Made by a program: the position numbers and the translations under genes. DNA of 64,000 bases, taken from positions 256,001 through 320,000 of the forward strand of contig CAVQKE010000001.1 of NCBI GenBank assembly GCA_963713045.1, in the 5' to 3' direction. The notes under the pieces are model-generated. The model saw only the letters and a program-made list of their open reading frames with translations, searched no databases and was not told the origin of the DNA. Of the stretch, positions 27,523-37,450 are shown one piece after another (position 1 is the first letter of the stretch; each line of letters starts with the position of its first letter). Source of the DNA: an uncultured delta proteobacterium. GTDB lineage: Bacteria > Myxococcota > Myxococcia > Myxococcales > Myxococcaceae.

Positions 27523-30438
27523 ATGCCCTTAGAACTGCGCCGCGGAAGATTAGCCATACAACGTGCCCTCACCGATGTTCCGTCACCCTGGGTGACGTGT
27601 CTGTTGCTGGCCTTGGCCGCCTGCTCTGGGTCCAACGGCAAGCCAGACGGCGGCGGGCTCAACATCCTTCAGGGGATCGCTCCGACATTTACTTTCGAAA
27701 GCGGTCCGGTGCGACCGATCGCCCTTTCTCCCGATGGATCGCAGCTCTTCGTCGCCAACATCCCCAACGCCTCTTTGGACGTCTTCACTGTCACCGCCAG
27801 CGGAGTCAGTTTCAGCAGCTCGACCTACGTCGGCCTGGACCCGGTGTCCGTTGCCGCACGGACCAACACTGAGGTTTGGGTGGTCAATCAGGTTTCTGAC
27901 AGCGTGAGCGTCGTCGACCTAACCACCAACCCACCGCATGTGACTCGCACGCTGCTTGTCGGCGATGAGCCCAGCGACATCGTGTTCGGTGGACCGGGCG
28001 GGAACCGAGCATTCATCACGACCGCACACCGCGGCCAACAGCGGACCGACCCATCGCTGCAGGAGGTACCTGGCGCGGGCGATCCTCAGCTCACCACGGC
28101 TGGCGTCGGCCGGGCGGACGTGTGGGTCTTTGACGTCACCAATCTCGGCACCACCGTCGGTGGCACGCCGCTCGCGATTGTGACGCTCTTTGGCGACACG
28201 CCGCGGGCATTGGCTGTCACCCCCGATGGTGGAACTGTTTATGCCGCGATTTTCAAATCCGGGAATCAAACCATGGCCACTTCGTCGGGTCTGCCCTGCC
28301 CCGGTTTCGCCGCCTCAGATGGCGGCCCTTCGTGTATGACCGATGCTGGAATCTTCGTCCCCGGTCCCCCGCCAGGTCCAGCCACCAACTACGCACAGCT
28401 CCCCGCGCCGGCGGCGGCGGTAATTCTCAAAACCGACGCACAGGGCGTCTGGCGGGACGTCCTTGGTCGCGATTGGACCAGCGCCACAGCGTTTTCGTTG
28501 CCGGACGAAGACGTCTTTGCCATCGATGCCAACGCCCTGACTCCGACGGCCGTTTACTCTCACGTCGGCACCACTCTTTTCAATCTGGCCGTTAACCCAG
28601 TAAGCGGTACGGTCTACGTCTCCAACACCGACTCTCGAAATGATCTGCGGTTCGAGGGGCCCGGCACCTTTGCTGGCCAAACCCTCCAGGGCCACTTGGC
28701 CGAGGCCCGCATCACAGTGCTCGCCAATGGGGGAGTCCTTCCGCGCCACCTCAACAAGCACATTGATTATTCGATTCTCCCGGCACCGAATGGCACGATT
28801 CAGCACAGCCTCTCGACGCCATTGCAAATCGCCGTGAGCTCGGACGGCGGCACACTCTACGTCGCCGCTTTTGGTTCCTCGAAGGTCGGCGTCTTTCCCA
28901 CGGCCGCCATTGAGAACGACACGTTCAATCCCGTCAGCCAGAGCAACGCGTACCTCCAGGTGACCGGCGGTGGCCCCGGTGGATTGGCGCTCGACGAGCC
29001 CCGCCAGAGGCTTTACGTGACGACTCGCTTCGACGACGGCTTGTCTGTCATCGACCTGACCTCTGGCAACGAGATTGTTCACCTAACACTCCTGAATCCC
29101 GAGCCGACGGCGGTCACGAGTGGACGACCGTTTCTCTACGATGCCACGACCACGTCGTCCAACGGCGAGGCTGCCTGCGCCAGTTGCCATATTTTTGGAG
29201 ACAAAGACAACCTCGTCTGGGACCTCGGCAACCCGGACGCCGATCCGACGGTCACTCCCATCAACATCAAACTGAAGCTAGGCGCTCCGCCGACCATCAA
29301 CGGCGGGGGCGGAGCGGCCACCCTCCATCCGATGAAGGGGCCCATGGCCACGCAAACACTGCGGGGTCTCGTCAACCATGGCCCGATGCATTGGCGCGGG
29401 GACCGTGTGTCCGGCTTCTTCGGGACTGATACCAGTCCCACCCCACCCTACGACGCCACGCTCGCGTTTAAAAACTTCATCGTGGCCTTCAACACTCTGG
29501 TCGGGCTTGGGCCTGCCTTTTCGTCTTCGACCATGCAGACTTACGCCAATTTCGCTCTGGTCATCGCCGTGCCGCCGAACCCGGTGCGGGCCCTCGACAA
29601 CTCGCTGAGCGCAGCCCAAGCCGCCGGCCGAAGTTTCTTTCTCGGTTGTGATGGCATCGACAGCTTGACCGGAGTTCCAGTGGACTGCGCCGACGGCGGC
29701 CCCCCCGCCACTGGCGGTCATTTCGCTGACGGAGTGGGGATCGCCACTCTCGGTTTCACCTGTCAGGGCTGTCATGTTTTGAACCCGGAGATGGGCTTTT
29801 TTGGCACCGATGGGGAGAGCAGCTTCGAGGCACTCCCGCAGACCGTGAAGATTCCCCAGCTGCGCAATCTCTACGACAAAGTCGGCATGTTTGGGCTCCC
29901 AGCGAACCCCTTCGAGAATGCCGGGGACAACGGCTTTACCGGCCCGCAGGTCCGGGGGACAGGCTTCCTGAACGACGGGAGCATCGACACCATCTTCCGC
30001 TTCCTTCAGGCCAACGTCTTCAACCCCACCCAGAGCGGCCGTGTCGGGTTCGCGAACGGCGACACCCAGCGTCGGGACCTCGAGCAATTCCTCCTGGCGT
30101 TCGACAATGACCTCGCTCCCATCGTCGGCCAGCAAGTCACTCTGAGGACAGACAACGCGTCTGCCGTGGGTTCGCGCATCGACCTGCTCATCGCACGGGC
30201 CCAAACGCCCTTCGTGTCCAAAATCCTCGGCCCCGGAGCGACCGAGTGTGACCTCGTGGCTCGGGCGTTGGTCGACGGAAGAGCCAAAGCCTTTTGGCTA
30301 CAGTCCGACGGCACGTTCCTTCCCAACGACGGGAGTCCAACACTCACCGACTCTGCACTGCGAGCCCTGGCCACCACACCCGGACAGGAAGTCACGTACA
30401 CCTGTCTGCCTTCAGGCTGGGGCAATAATCGGCCGTAG
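27523..30438 (+). CDS. Lipoprotein: YVTN/YncE beta-propeller fused to a di-heme cytochrome c (CcP/MauG-like) domain; start uncertain
   Basis: Lipobox LAAC; repeated propeller blades (LSPDGSQLFVAN, GTVYVSN, QRLYVT); CASCH and CQGCH; KIPQLRN. Confidence 0.85.
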   Translation: MPLELRRGRLAIQRALTDVPSPWVTCLLLALAACSGSNGKPDGGGLNILQGIAPTFTFESGPVRPIALSPDGSQLFVANIPNASLDVFTVTASGVSFSSSTYVGLDPVSVAARTNTEVWVVNQVSDSVSVVDLTTNPPHVTRTLLVGDEPSDIVFGGPGGNRAFITTAHRGQQRTDPSLQEVPGAGDPQLTTAGVGRADVWVFDVTNLGTTVGGTPLAIVTLFGDTPRALAVTPDGGTVYAAIFKSGNQTMATSSGLPCPGFAASDGGPSCMTDAGIFVPGPPPGPATNYAQLPAPAAAVILKTDAQGVWRDVLGRDWTSATAFSLPDEDVFAIDANALTPTAVYSHVGTTLFNLAVNPVSGTVYVSNTDSRNDLRFEGPGTFAGQTLQGHLAEARITVLANGGVLPRHLNKHIDYSILPAPNGTIQHSLSTPLQIAVSSDGGTLYVAAFGSSKVGVFPTAAIENDTFNPVSQSNAYLQVTGGGPGGLALDEPRQRLYVTTRFDDGLSVIDLTSGNEIVHLTLLNPEPTAVTSGRPFLYDATTTSSNGEAACASCHIFGDKDNLVWDLGNPDADPTVTPINIKLKLGAPPTINGGGGAATLHPMKGPMATQTLRGLVNHGPMHWRGDRVSGFFGTDTSPTPPYDATLAFKNFIVAFNTLVGLGPAFSSSTMQTYANFALVIAVPPNPVRALDNSLSAAQAAGRSFFLGCDGIDSLTGVPVDCADGGPPATGGHFADGVGIATLGFTCQGCHVLNPEMGFFGTDGESSFEALPQTVKIPQLRNLYDKVGMFGLPANPFENAGDNGFTGPQVRGTGFLNDGSIDTIFRFLQANVFNPTQSGRVGFANGDTQRRDLEQFLLAFDNDLAPIVGQQVTLRTDNASAVGSRIDLLIARAQTPFVSKILGPGATECDLVARALVDGRAKAFWLQSDGTFLPNDGSPTLTDSALRALATTPGQEVTYTCLPSGWGNNRP

Positions 30439-30562
30439 CCGAGCTGACCCTACGCTCGCGGCATTTCGGGCAAGCACAAAGCCGAGGGCGACTCGCGAGG
30501 CTTCCGGGGCGACGGTAACCGTGCCCTAAATCGCCAGAACGGCTTAACCTCAACGCCGTCGT

Positions 30563-31945
30563 TTGGTCCAACATCCGCCGGATGCGGCCTCTGCCGTCGT
30601 TGAGGGCCGGGCGTCCTGGAGAGTCGAGCCATTGAGACCGCCCCTCGCGACACCGAGCCAACGCGATGTCGGGCTAGTGCGGGCAATTGGCCCCTGGGCG
30701 CTCGCCGCGAGCATCGTCAACGTTGTCGTCGGCGCGGGAATCTTTGCAGTCCCCTCCGCCCTCGCTCAAAACATGGGACCGTATGCGCCGTTGGCATTTC
30801 TGGTGTGTGCAGTTGCTGTCGCCTCCGTGGCGATTTGTTTTGCAGAGGGTGGCAGCCGAATCCCAACGAGCGGAGGCGCGTACGGCTACGTGAGCGCGGC
30901 CTTCGGCCCACTCGTTGGCTACGTTGCCGGTACGATGCTTTGGTTTTGTAACGCGCTTGCCTGCGGAAGCATCGCAGCGGCGCTCGGCGATATCGCCGTT
31001 ACCGTGGTGCCGGTGCCCTACCGGACGATGGCGCACGCGGTGGTGATTGTCGGGGTGGTGGGTGGAATCGCGCTGGTTAATCTCAGTGGTGTCGGGCGCG
31101 CGGCACGCCTGGTCAGTGCGATGACCGTGCTGAAGTTAATTCCCCTCGCGATTTTTGTTATCGCTGGGGTCGGCGCGGTTCGATGGTCCAATTTTGCAGC
31201 AACCGCGCGTCCCACCACTCACGACCTTGGGCGCGGCCTCATCCTAGCCGTATTCGCATTTAGCGGGATGGAGGTCTCGCTCAGTGCCAGCGGCGAGGTT
31301 GCGCAACCAGCACGTAGCATTCCGAGGGCCTTGCTCATCTCGATGGTGTCGGTGACAGCGCTTTACGTCGCCATCCAAGTCATCGCCCAAGGCATCCTGG
31401 GCCCGTCATTGGCCCCTGCCCACGCGCCTCTTGCGGAGGCGATGGCCCGCATCAGCCCGGGATTGGGGTGGCTGATGCTCGCCGGCACCGCAGCCTCGAT
31501 GTTCGGCTGGATCGGCAGCGACATCCTGGGCACCCCGCGAGTGCTCTTCGCCTTCGCGCGAGACGGGCTTCTGCCGCGGGGGCTGGGGCGGGTCAATCCG
31601 AAGAGCCAAACTCCCCAAGCCTCAATCCTACTTTACGCGGCGCTGGCCATTGGACTCGCGCTCTCTGGGACGTTCGCCGAACTTGCGATCCTCTCGACGC
31701 TGGGCACTGCCGCGCTGTACATCGCCGTTTGCGCCGCGGCGTGGCGTCTTGCGCGACGTGGGGTTGCGGATTCCGGGCCGCCATTGAACTTCCGCTATCT
31801 CGGAGCAGCCGCAACGACAGGAATCGCCAGCATGCTGGGCCTGATTGCCCTCGCGTCCAGCGCAGAAACCATCGGCCTGTTCGCTGTCCTGGGCGTGAGC
31901 GCCATTGTGTATTTGTTGCAAACGCGCGTCCGGCGCCCTTCCTGA
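30563..31945 (+). CDS. APC family amino-acid permease (start uncertain)
   Basis: VGAGIF, GGAYGYV, FAFSGME, PRVLFAFARDG. Confidence 0.9.
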   Translation: MVQHPPDAASAVVEGRASWRVEPLRPPLATPSQRDVGLVRAIGPWALAASIVNVVVGAGIFAVPSALAQNMGPYAPLAFLVCAVAVASVAICFAEGGSRIPTSGGAYGYVSAAFGPLVGYVAGTMLWFCNALACGSIAAALGDIAVTVVPVPYRTMAHAVVIVGVVGGIALVNLSGVGRAARLVSAMTVLKLIPLAIFVIAGVGAVRWSNFAATARPTTHDLGRGLILAVFAFSGMEVSLSASGEVAQPARSIPRALLISMVSVTALYVAIQVIAQGILGPSLAPAHAPLAEAMARISPGLGWLMLAGTAASMFGWIGSDILGTPRVLFAFARDGLLPRGLGRVNPKSQTPQASILLYAALAIGLALSGTFAELAILSTLGTAALYIAVCAAAWRLARRGVADSGPPLNFRYLGAAATTGIASMLGLIALASSAETIGLFAVLGVSAIVYLLQTRVRRPS

Positions 31946-32140
31946 AGACTCGCCATTGACAGGATTTCACCTGGGCGGCTTATGAGTGACGCTGCCCCAC
32001 GCTCCAGACTAGGCACTTCATCGGCGCCTGGATGTGCGTCTCTGCCAGCCGACCGAGCCCGCGCAGGAGGTGGCCCATCTGTCGGCCCGCGCGGAGGCCT
32101 TCAGTATGACGATGCAGAGAGGGTTTTCAGGCGAAAGGGG

Positions 32141-32543
32141 TCACCGCCGCCCAGCGTCCGGCGCGGGCGTCGCTTTCTTGCCACTCGCTTTGCCGAGCTG
32201 ACGAATGTAGGCGACGACGCCTTGAATTTCGCTCTTGGACAGCTTGGGGAAAGCAGGCATCGACTCTGGAAGGCCGTTCGCCAATCCGCCCTTGGCGATA
32301 ACCGATGCGAGGAACTCGTCAGTTTGCTTGTCGAGAACGCCGGTCGTGAAGTCCTGGGGCTGGGGCGTCACGTACACCGCTTCCTCGCCATCGCCCTTTC
32401 CTTGTGAACCGTGGCACTGGGCGCAGTCGCGCTCGTAGACGGCTTTGCCAGCCGATGCTGGTGCCTTCTCTTCAGCGCTGGCCGACCAAGCGACAGCAAA
32501 AGACGAGATTCACAGCGGCAACGCGGATTCGACCGATTGACAT
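32141..32543 (-). pseudogene. Monoheme cytochrome c with +1 frameshift in the signal-peptide region
   Basis: AGGAG RBS + ATG 32543 frame stops after 23 codons; the +1 frame encodes FAVAWSASAEEK...CAQCHG.QGKGDG...SMPAF. Confidence 0.75.
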
Positions 32544-32683
32544 GTCGGCTCCTACGAAGTTGGGAGCCCCGCCTTTATGAGCCCTCGGCGCCAAGTTCAA
32601 GTGTCCAGGGCGAAACTCCATCGGCTACCGTCCACGGGGGAAGACGAGCGCCCTGAAGCCCCGTCGGTTTAGGATTGTCCATC

Positions 32684-34351
32684 ATGTCCTCCGCCCAGGA
32701 CCTTGTCGCCCAGCGCAGAGACCAGATTTTCCCGCGGTTGACCGAGGAGCAGATAAGCCGGCTGCTTCCCCTCGGGAGCCGGCGACCTGTCCAGAGAGGT
32801 GAAATCCTCTTTGAACAAGGATCGATTGACTCTCAGTTCTACGTCGTCCTCCAAGGGAACCTCGAGGTCGTTCGCCCTCTGCTCGGGGAAGAGGAGCGGG
32901 TCGTCATCCATACCCCCGGCGAATTCACGGGCGAGACGAACCTGCTCACAGGACGGCGCACGTTGGTGCGCTGCCGAGTCATTCAGGACGGGGAAGTCCT
33001 TGCCCTTCACCGTGACGTTCTCAAGACCTTAGTACTCACCGACTCCGAATTGAGCGAGCTGTTCATGCGGGCATTCATTCTCCGCCGCGTCGCTCTTCTG
33101 GACGCCGGGTTCGGAGACGTGGTCATCATCGGCTCTCGTCATTCCGCGGACACCCTGCGGCTCCGGGAGTTTTTGACGAGGAACGCTCACCCGCAGACGT
33201 ACCTCGACGTGGAGACGGATCCTGATGTCCAGGCTCTCCTCGACCGATTCGGCGTCAAGTTGGAGGAGATTCCGGTCTTGATCTGCCGGGGGGAACTGGT
33301 CCTCCGCAACCCCAGCAATCAGGAGGTCGCCGACTGTCTAGGCTTCAACGCCGGGATCGACATCGCAATCGTGCGCGATGTCCTCATCGTGGGGGCGGGG
33401 CCGGCCGGATTGGCCGCGGCCGTCTACGGCGCTTCCGAAGGTCTAGACGTGCTCGTTCTCGAAGCCTACGGGCCAGGCGGGCAGGCAGCGTCGAGCTCGA
33501 AAATCGAGAACTACCTTGGCTTTCCAACGGGCATCTCCGGCCAGGCACTCGCGGGTCGAGCCTTTACCCAGGCCGAGAAGTTCGGTGCCCACGTCGCCGT
33601 TGCGCGTTCGGCGACCCGGTTGCTTTGCGAACGCAAACCCTACGCAGTCGAGCTATCCACCGGTGAAACCGTCCGAGCCAAGACCCTCATCATCGCCTCC
33701 GGAGCAAAGTACCGAAAGCTTGAGTTGGAAAACCTCACCCGGTTCGAGGGAGCGGGCGTTTACTACGCCGCGACTAAGATGGAGGCCCAAGTCTGTGACA
33801 ACCAAGAAGTCATCGTCGTCGGGGGAGGCAACTCTGCGGGACAAGCGGCCGTTTTTCTTTCGCAGTCGATGAAGCACGTCTACGTTCTGGTTCGTTCGGA
33901 TGGCCTTGCGGCGACCATGTCCCGGTATTTGATTAGACGAATCGAAGAGACCCCAAACATCACCCTTCGGACCCAAACTGAAATTGTCGGCCTGGAAGGG
34001 AAAACTCATTTGGAAGCGGTCTCCCTTAAGAACTCCGCCACTGGCGAGGTTGAGAGGCGGCCGATTCGGCACGTTTTTTCGATGACCGGTGCGGTTCCCA
34101 GCACGGAATGGCTTGCGGGCTGCGTCGCATTGGACGAGAAGGGGTTCGTTAAGACCGGCCCTGACATCAGCCGGGAGGAGCGCGATGCAGTCAAATGGCC
34201 ACGGGCGCGGGCACCGTTTCTCCTCGAGACCAGTCTTCCGGGCGTGTTCGCGGTGGGAGACGCCCGGATGAGCAACGTCAAACGGGTCGCTTCGGCCGTC
34301 GGCGAGGGGTCCATTTGTGTGCAGTTGGTGCACCGGGTTCTCGCCGAATGA
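32684..34351 (+). CDS. cNMP-binding domain / thioredoxin-reductase-like flavoprotein fusion
   Basis: N-terminal CAP-like domain (GEILFEQG...GEFTGE); GAGPAG, IENYLGFP, GGGNSAGQAA, FAVGD, VASAVGEG. Confidence 0.9.
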   Translation: MSSAQDLVAQRRDQIFPRLTEEQISRLLPLGSRRPVQRGEILFEQGSIDSQFYVVLQGNLEVVRPLLGEEERVVIHTPGEFTGETNLLTGRRTLVRCRVIQDGEVLALHRDVLKTLVLTDSELSELFMRAFILRRVALLDAGFGDVVIIGSRHSADTLRLREFLTRNAHPQTYLDVETDPDVQALLDRFGVKLEEIPVLICRGELVLRNPSNQEVADCLGFNAGIDIAIVRDVLIVGAGPAGLAAAVYGASEGLDVLVLEAYGPGGQAASSSKIENYLGFPTGISGQALAGRAFTQAEKFGAHVAVARSATRLLCERKPYAVELSTGETVRAKTLIIASGAKYRKLELENLTRFEGAGVYYAATKMEAQVCDNQEVIVVGGGNSAGQAAVFLSQSMKHVYVLVRSDGLAATMSRYLIRRIEETPNITLRTQTEIVGLEGKTHLEAVSLKNSATGEVERRPIRHVFSMTGAVPSTEWLAGCVALDEKGFVKTGPDISREERDAVKWPRARAPFLLETSLPGVFAVGDARMSNVKRVASAVGEGSICVQLVHRVLAE

Positions 34352-34418
34352 CTGAGGCGCACTCGGCTGCCAGGGCGAGTCTCCCCCATTGCTTCTGGCC
34401 CAAGGACTGCCAGGGGCG

Positions 34419-36695
34419 ATGATTCGCGCCTTCCGGTCGCTCGGCCGCAGGATTCATCGAGACGCCTCGGCACTCCTCCAGAGCGCTCGCGCGGTACTGC
34501 GCCTGTACCTCCCGAACGAGTCGCAGCACCTGTTTGGGCTGACCATCGTCGTCGGACTCATCTCGGGAGTGGTGGCAGTCGCCTTTCACCTCGCAATTCA
34601 AGCAACCGAACACCTGTTGATTGACCGTGCGCTCAATGCCAAAGGCCATCAGTGGATCGTCTGGACGATTGTGTCACCCACCGTGGGCGGCCTGATTGCC
34701 GGAGCACTCCTGACGTGGGTCGTTCCCGACGCGCGCGGTTCTGGCATCCCTCAAGTGAAACAAGCGTTCGCTGAAGGCGGTCGAATCAGCTTCCGAGATG
34801 CGGTCGGGAAATTCATCGTTGCTACGATTGGGATCGGCTCTGGGGCATCACTTGGGCGCGAAGGTCCCACGGTCCAAATCTGCGCAGGGGCGACGAGCGC
34901 ACTCGCTAGGCTGACGTCGCTTCCTCCAAAGAGCGCACGCCGCCTCATTCCCGTCGCCGCCGCCGCCGGCATCGCCGCAGCCTTCAATGCCCCCATCGCT
35001 GCCGTGACGTTCACCATCGAAGAGGTGGTTGGCGCTCTCGACCAGACCATCCTCTCAGGCGTCGTCATTGCTGCCGCACTGGCGGCGGTCATCGAGCGCA
35101 GCGTGCTAGGCGTCCACCCCGTCATTGAGGTGGATCAGCAATACGGGCTCGACCATCCATCGTCTCTCGTCTTTTACGCGCTCCTCGGCTTGGCTGCTGC
35201 GGCGGTGTCTGCCGCCTTTACCGATTCGCTGTTGAGACTTCGTCTCTTTTTCCGTCACTTCAAGGCGATTCCTGCTTGGGCGCATCCGGCCGTGGGAGGC
35301 CTGGTGACGGGAATACTGGCTGTGGTGGCTATGTACTTCTGGGGCGTCCGAGGCGTTAACGGCGGCGGATATCAGACCCTGAGCGACGCCCTGGCTGGCC
35401 AACTCGCTTTGAAAGTCCTGCTGGCCCTATGCGTCATCAAAGGCGTGGCCACCGTTTTCTCGTATTCGAGCGGAGGCGCGGGTGGCATCTTCGCTCCGGT
35501 GCTGTTCGTCGGGGCAATGCTCGGCGGGGCTGTCGGCTATTTGGACGTCGCCGCGCTCCAGCACGAGGGACGTCAGCTCGGTGCGTTTGCACTGGTGGGG
35601 ATGGGTGCAGTCTTTGCCGGTGTTATTCGGGCGCCAATTACGTCCGTGCTCATCATCTTTGAAATGACCGGCGGCTACGGCCTCATTCTTCCTCTCATGC
35701 TGGCGAACATGACCTCCTACGCCCTGACCCGCCACTGGCGCCCCATCCCCATCTACGACGCGCTGCTCGAGCAGGACGGCGTCGTTCTTCAACACGGGAC
35801 TCCCCGCGCACATCCCCTGGAGCAACTGACGGTTGCTGAGGCGATGAGCACCCCTGTGACGAGCGTCGAAGCCAACCAGACCGTGGGCGGCGCCCTCGCG
35901 GTCGTCCGAGACAGACCATTCGCCCTTCTCCCGGTCCTCGGCGAGGCGGGAGAACTGGTCGGGGTGGTTCGCGTGGCCCGTCTCCGCACAGCGGCAGCGA
36001 CCGGCCAGGAAGGAGCCCCTCTGGGTGCCTTCATCGAGCCTGCTCATAGTGTCCCGGCCGACGCGCCTCTTATCCGCGCGGTGGTGCGCATGAACGAAGC
36101 CGGCGTCCGGCAGTCGGTGGTGGTGGACAATGCACAGAAACCCCATTCGGTGGGCGTACTGGCCATCAGCGACTTCGTGCGAGCGCATGCTCGCACCGGG
36201 CCGGCGCTCGACGCCTCACGAGCACGGACGGTCAGCCTTGCGTCTTCAGTGAGCTTGAGCGCTCGAGCGCACCAATTGATGACGCCGGTGCATGTCGTTT
36301 CTGGAGCCACTCACCTCGAGACGCTTATTGAAGAGCTCAACCGGTCGGAGTCCAAGGCTCTCATCGTCGACGGTGGACAAGGCGAGGCGGGGGTGGTTCT
36401 CCTCGAGGAGGTGCGCGAATTCGAGCGCGAAGAACAGCTTCAGGGGGTCCTCATTGCCGCCGACGTCGCGCGCAAGGTTCCCCAAGTCCACCCTGAGGCG
36501 GACCTCGCCGAGCTAGTCCGACAACTTTCCGACGCCGCAACCGATGCAGTGCTCGTTACCGAACCCGGCACGAAAGTGCCTTTGGGCGTCGTCCGGCGAA
36601 CGACGCTCGCCGACGTCCTGTTGGACTGGTATGTCGCTGAACTCAGGACGGGCTCTGCGAAGCGAGTTTCGGGAAAGACGCCGCGCCTGAGCTGA
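34419..36695 (+). CDS. ClC chloride channel/antiporter with extended CBS region
   Basis: GSGIP, GREGP, TIEE, GGIFAP, IYD; long C-terminus with CBS-like repeats. Confidence 0.9.
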   Translation: MIRAFRSLGRRIHRDASALLQSARAVLRLYLPNESQHLFGLTIVVGLISGVVAVAFHLAIQATEHLLIDRALNAKGHQWIVWTIVSPTVGGLIAGALLTWVVPDARGSGIPQVKQAFAEGGRISFRDAVGKFIVATIGIGSGASLGREGPTVQICAGATSALARLTSLPPKSARRLIPVAAAAGIAAAFNAPIAAVTFTIEEVVGALDQTILSGVVIAAALAAVIERSVLGVHPVIEVDQQYGLDHPSSLVFYALLGLAAAAVSAAFTDSLLRLRLFFRHFKAIPAWAHPAVGGLVTGILAVVAMYFWGVRGVNGGGYQTLSDALAGQLALKVLLALCVIKGVATVFSYSSGGAGGIFAPVLFVGAMLGGAVGYLDVAALQHEGRQLGAFALVGMGAVFAGVIRAPITSVLIIFEMTGGYGLILPLMLANMTSYALTRHWRPIPIYDALLEQDGVVLQHGTPRAHPLEQLTVAEAMSTPVTSVEANQTVGGALAVVRDRPFALLPVLGEAGELVGVVRVARLRTAAATGQEGAPLGAFIEPAHSVPADAPLIRAVVRMNEAGVRQSVVVDNAQKPHSVGVLAISDFVRAHARTGPALDASRARTVSLASSVSLSARAHQLMTPVHVVSGATHLETLIEELNRSESKALIVDGGQGEAGVVLLEEVREFEREEQLQGVLIAADVARKVPQVHPEADLAELVRQLSDAATDAVLVTEPGTKVPLGVVRRTTLADVLLDWYVAELRTGSAKRVSGKTPRLS

Positions 36696-36713
36696 GACAG
36701 CGCGCAGTTGGAG

Positions 36714-37265
36714 CTAGGCGGGATTCTTCGCGACCAATTCTGCATCGATTTGCAGCTTGACCTCGTCGCCGACCAACACGCCCCCGGTCTCCAGCGGGGC
36801 ATTCCAGGCGAGGCCCCAATCCTTTCGGTTCAGCTTGCCCACTGCGGAGACACCTCGCACAACGCGTCCATAAGGGGACTTGGTAGGCGCGGTCAGTGAG
36901 TCAACGAGGAGCGTCGTCGGGCGAGTGACGCCATGCATCGCCAAATCACCGGTGACTTTGAATTCGTCCCCGTCGCGCTCAATTCGCGTCGAACGGAACG
37001 TGATTTTGGAAAACTTGTCGGCGTCGAAAAAATCCGGCGACCTGAGGTGACCATCCCGCTTCGGGTCTCCGGTCTCAATCGAAGCAGCATCAATCTCGAC
37101 CTGGATGCGCGAGCGCGTGAGGTCTGCCTCGTCCAGCGTCACTGTCCCAGTGACGCTCTTGAATTGACCGCGAACGGTCGAAACCATCAGGTGTTTGACG
37201 CTGAAGTGCGCGCGGGTGTGCGCTGGATCAATCTCCCAGTCTTGGGTGCTGGCGGCTGCAGTCAT
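36714..37265 (-). CDS. YceI family protein
   Basis: WEIDPAHT, VKHLMVSTVRGQF, RDGHLRSPDFFD. Confidence 0.93.
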   Translation of the reverse strand: MTAAASTQDWEIDPAHTRAHFSVKHLMVSTVRGQFKSVTGTVTLDEADLTRSRIQVEIDAASIETGDPKRDGHLRSPDFFDADKFSKITFRSTRIERDGDEFKVTGDLAMHGVTRPTTLLVDSLTAPTKSPYGRVVRGVSAVGKLNRKDWGLAWNAPLETGGVLVGDEVKLQIDAELVAKNPA

Positions 37266-37450
37266 AGGTCGTCCTCCGGTTGGTGGCTAAGGTGCTGCCT
37301 CATCGACGCCGTCGCCAGCTTCTTTGGCGGATTAGTCTTTTCCAATGTGGGAACGATGGATTCCAAAGGAACGCCCACTCGATGGCTGTCAGCTGGCTCT
37401 TCGCGCCCCGAGCTTGTCTTCCATGGCGTGGGCATCGGAAGGTCCGGAGC

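Noticed and set aside
27523..30438. Hydrazine synthase / anammox function
   Set aside because: Architecture resemblance only; no alpha subunit or other anammox genes in the window.
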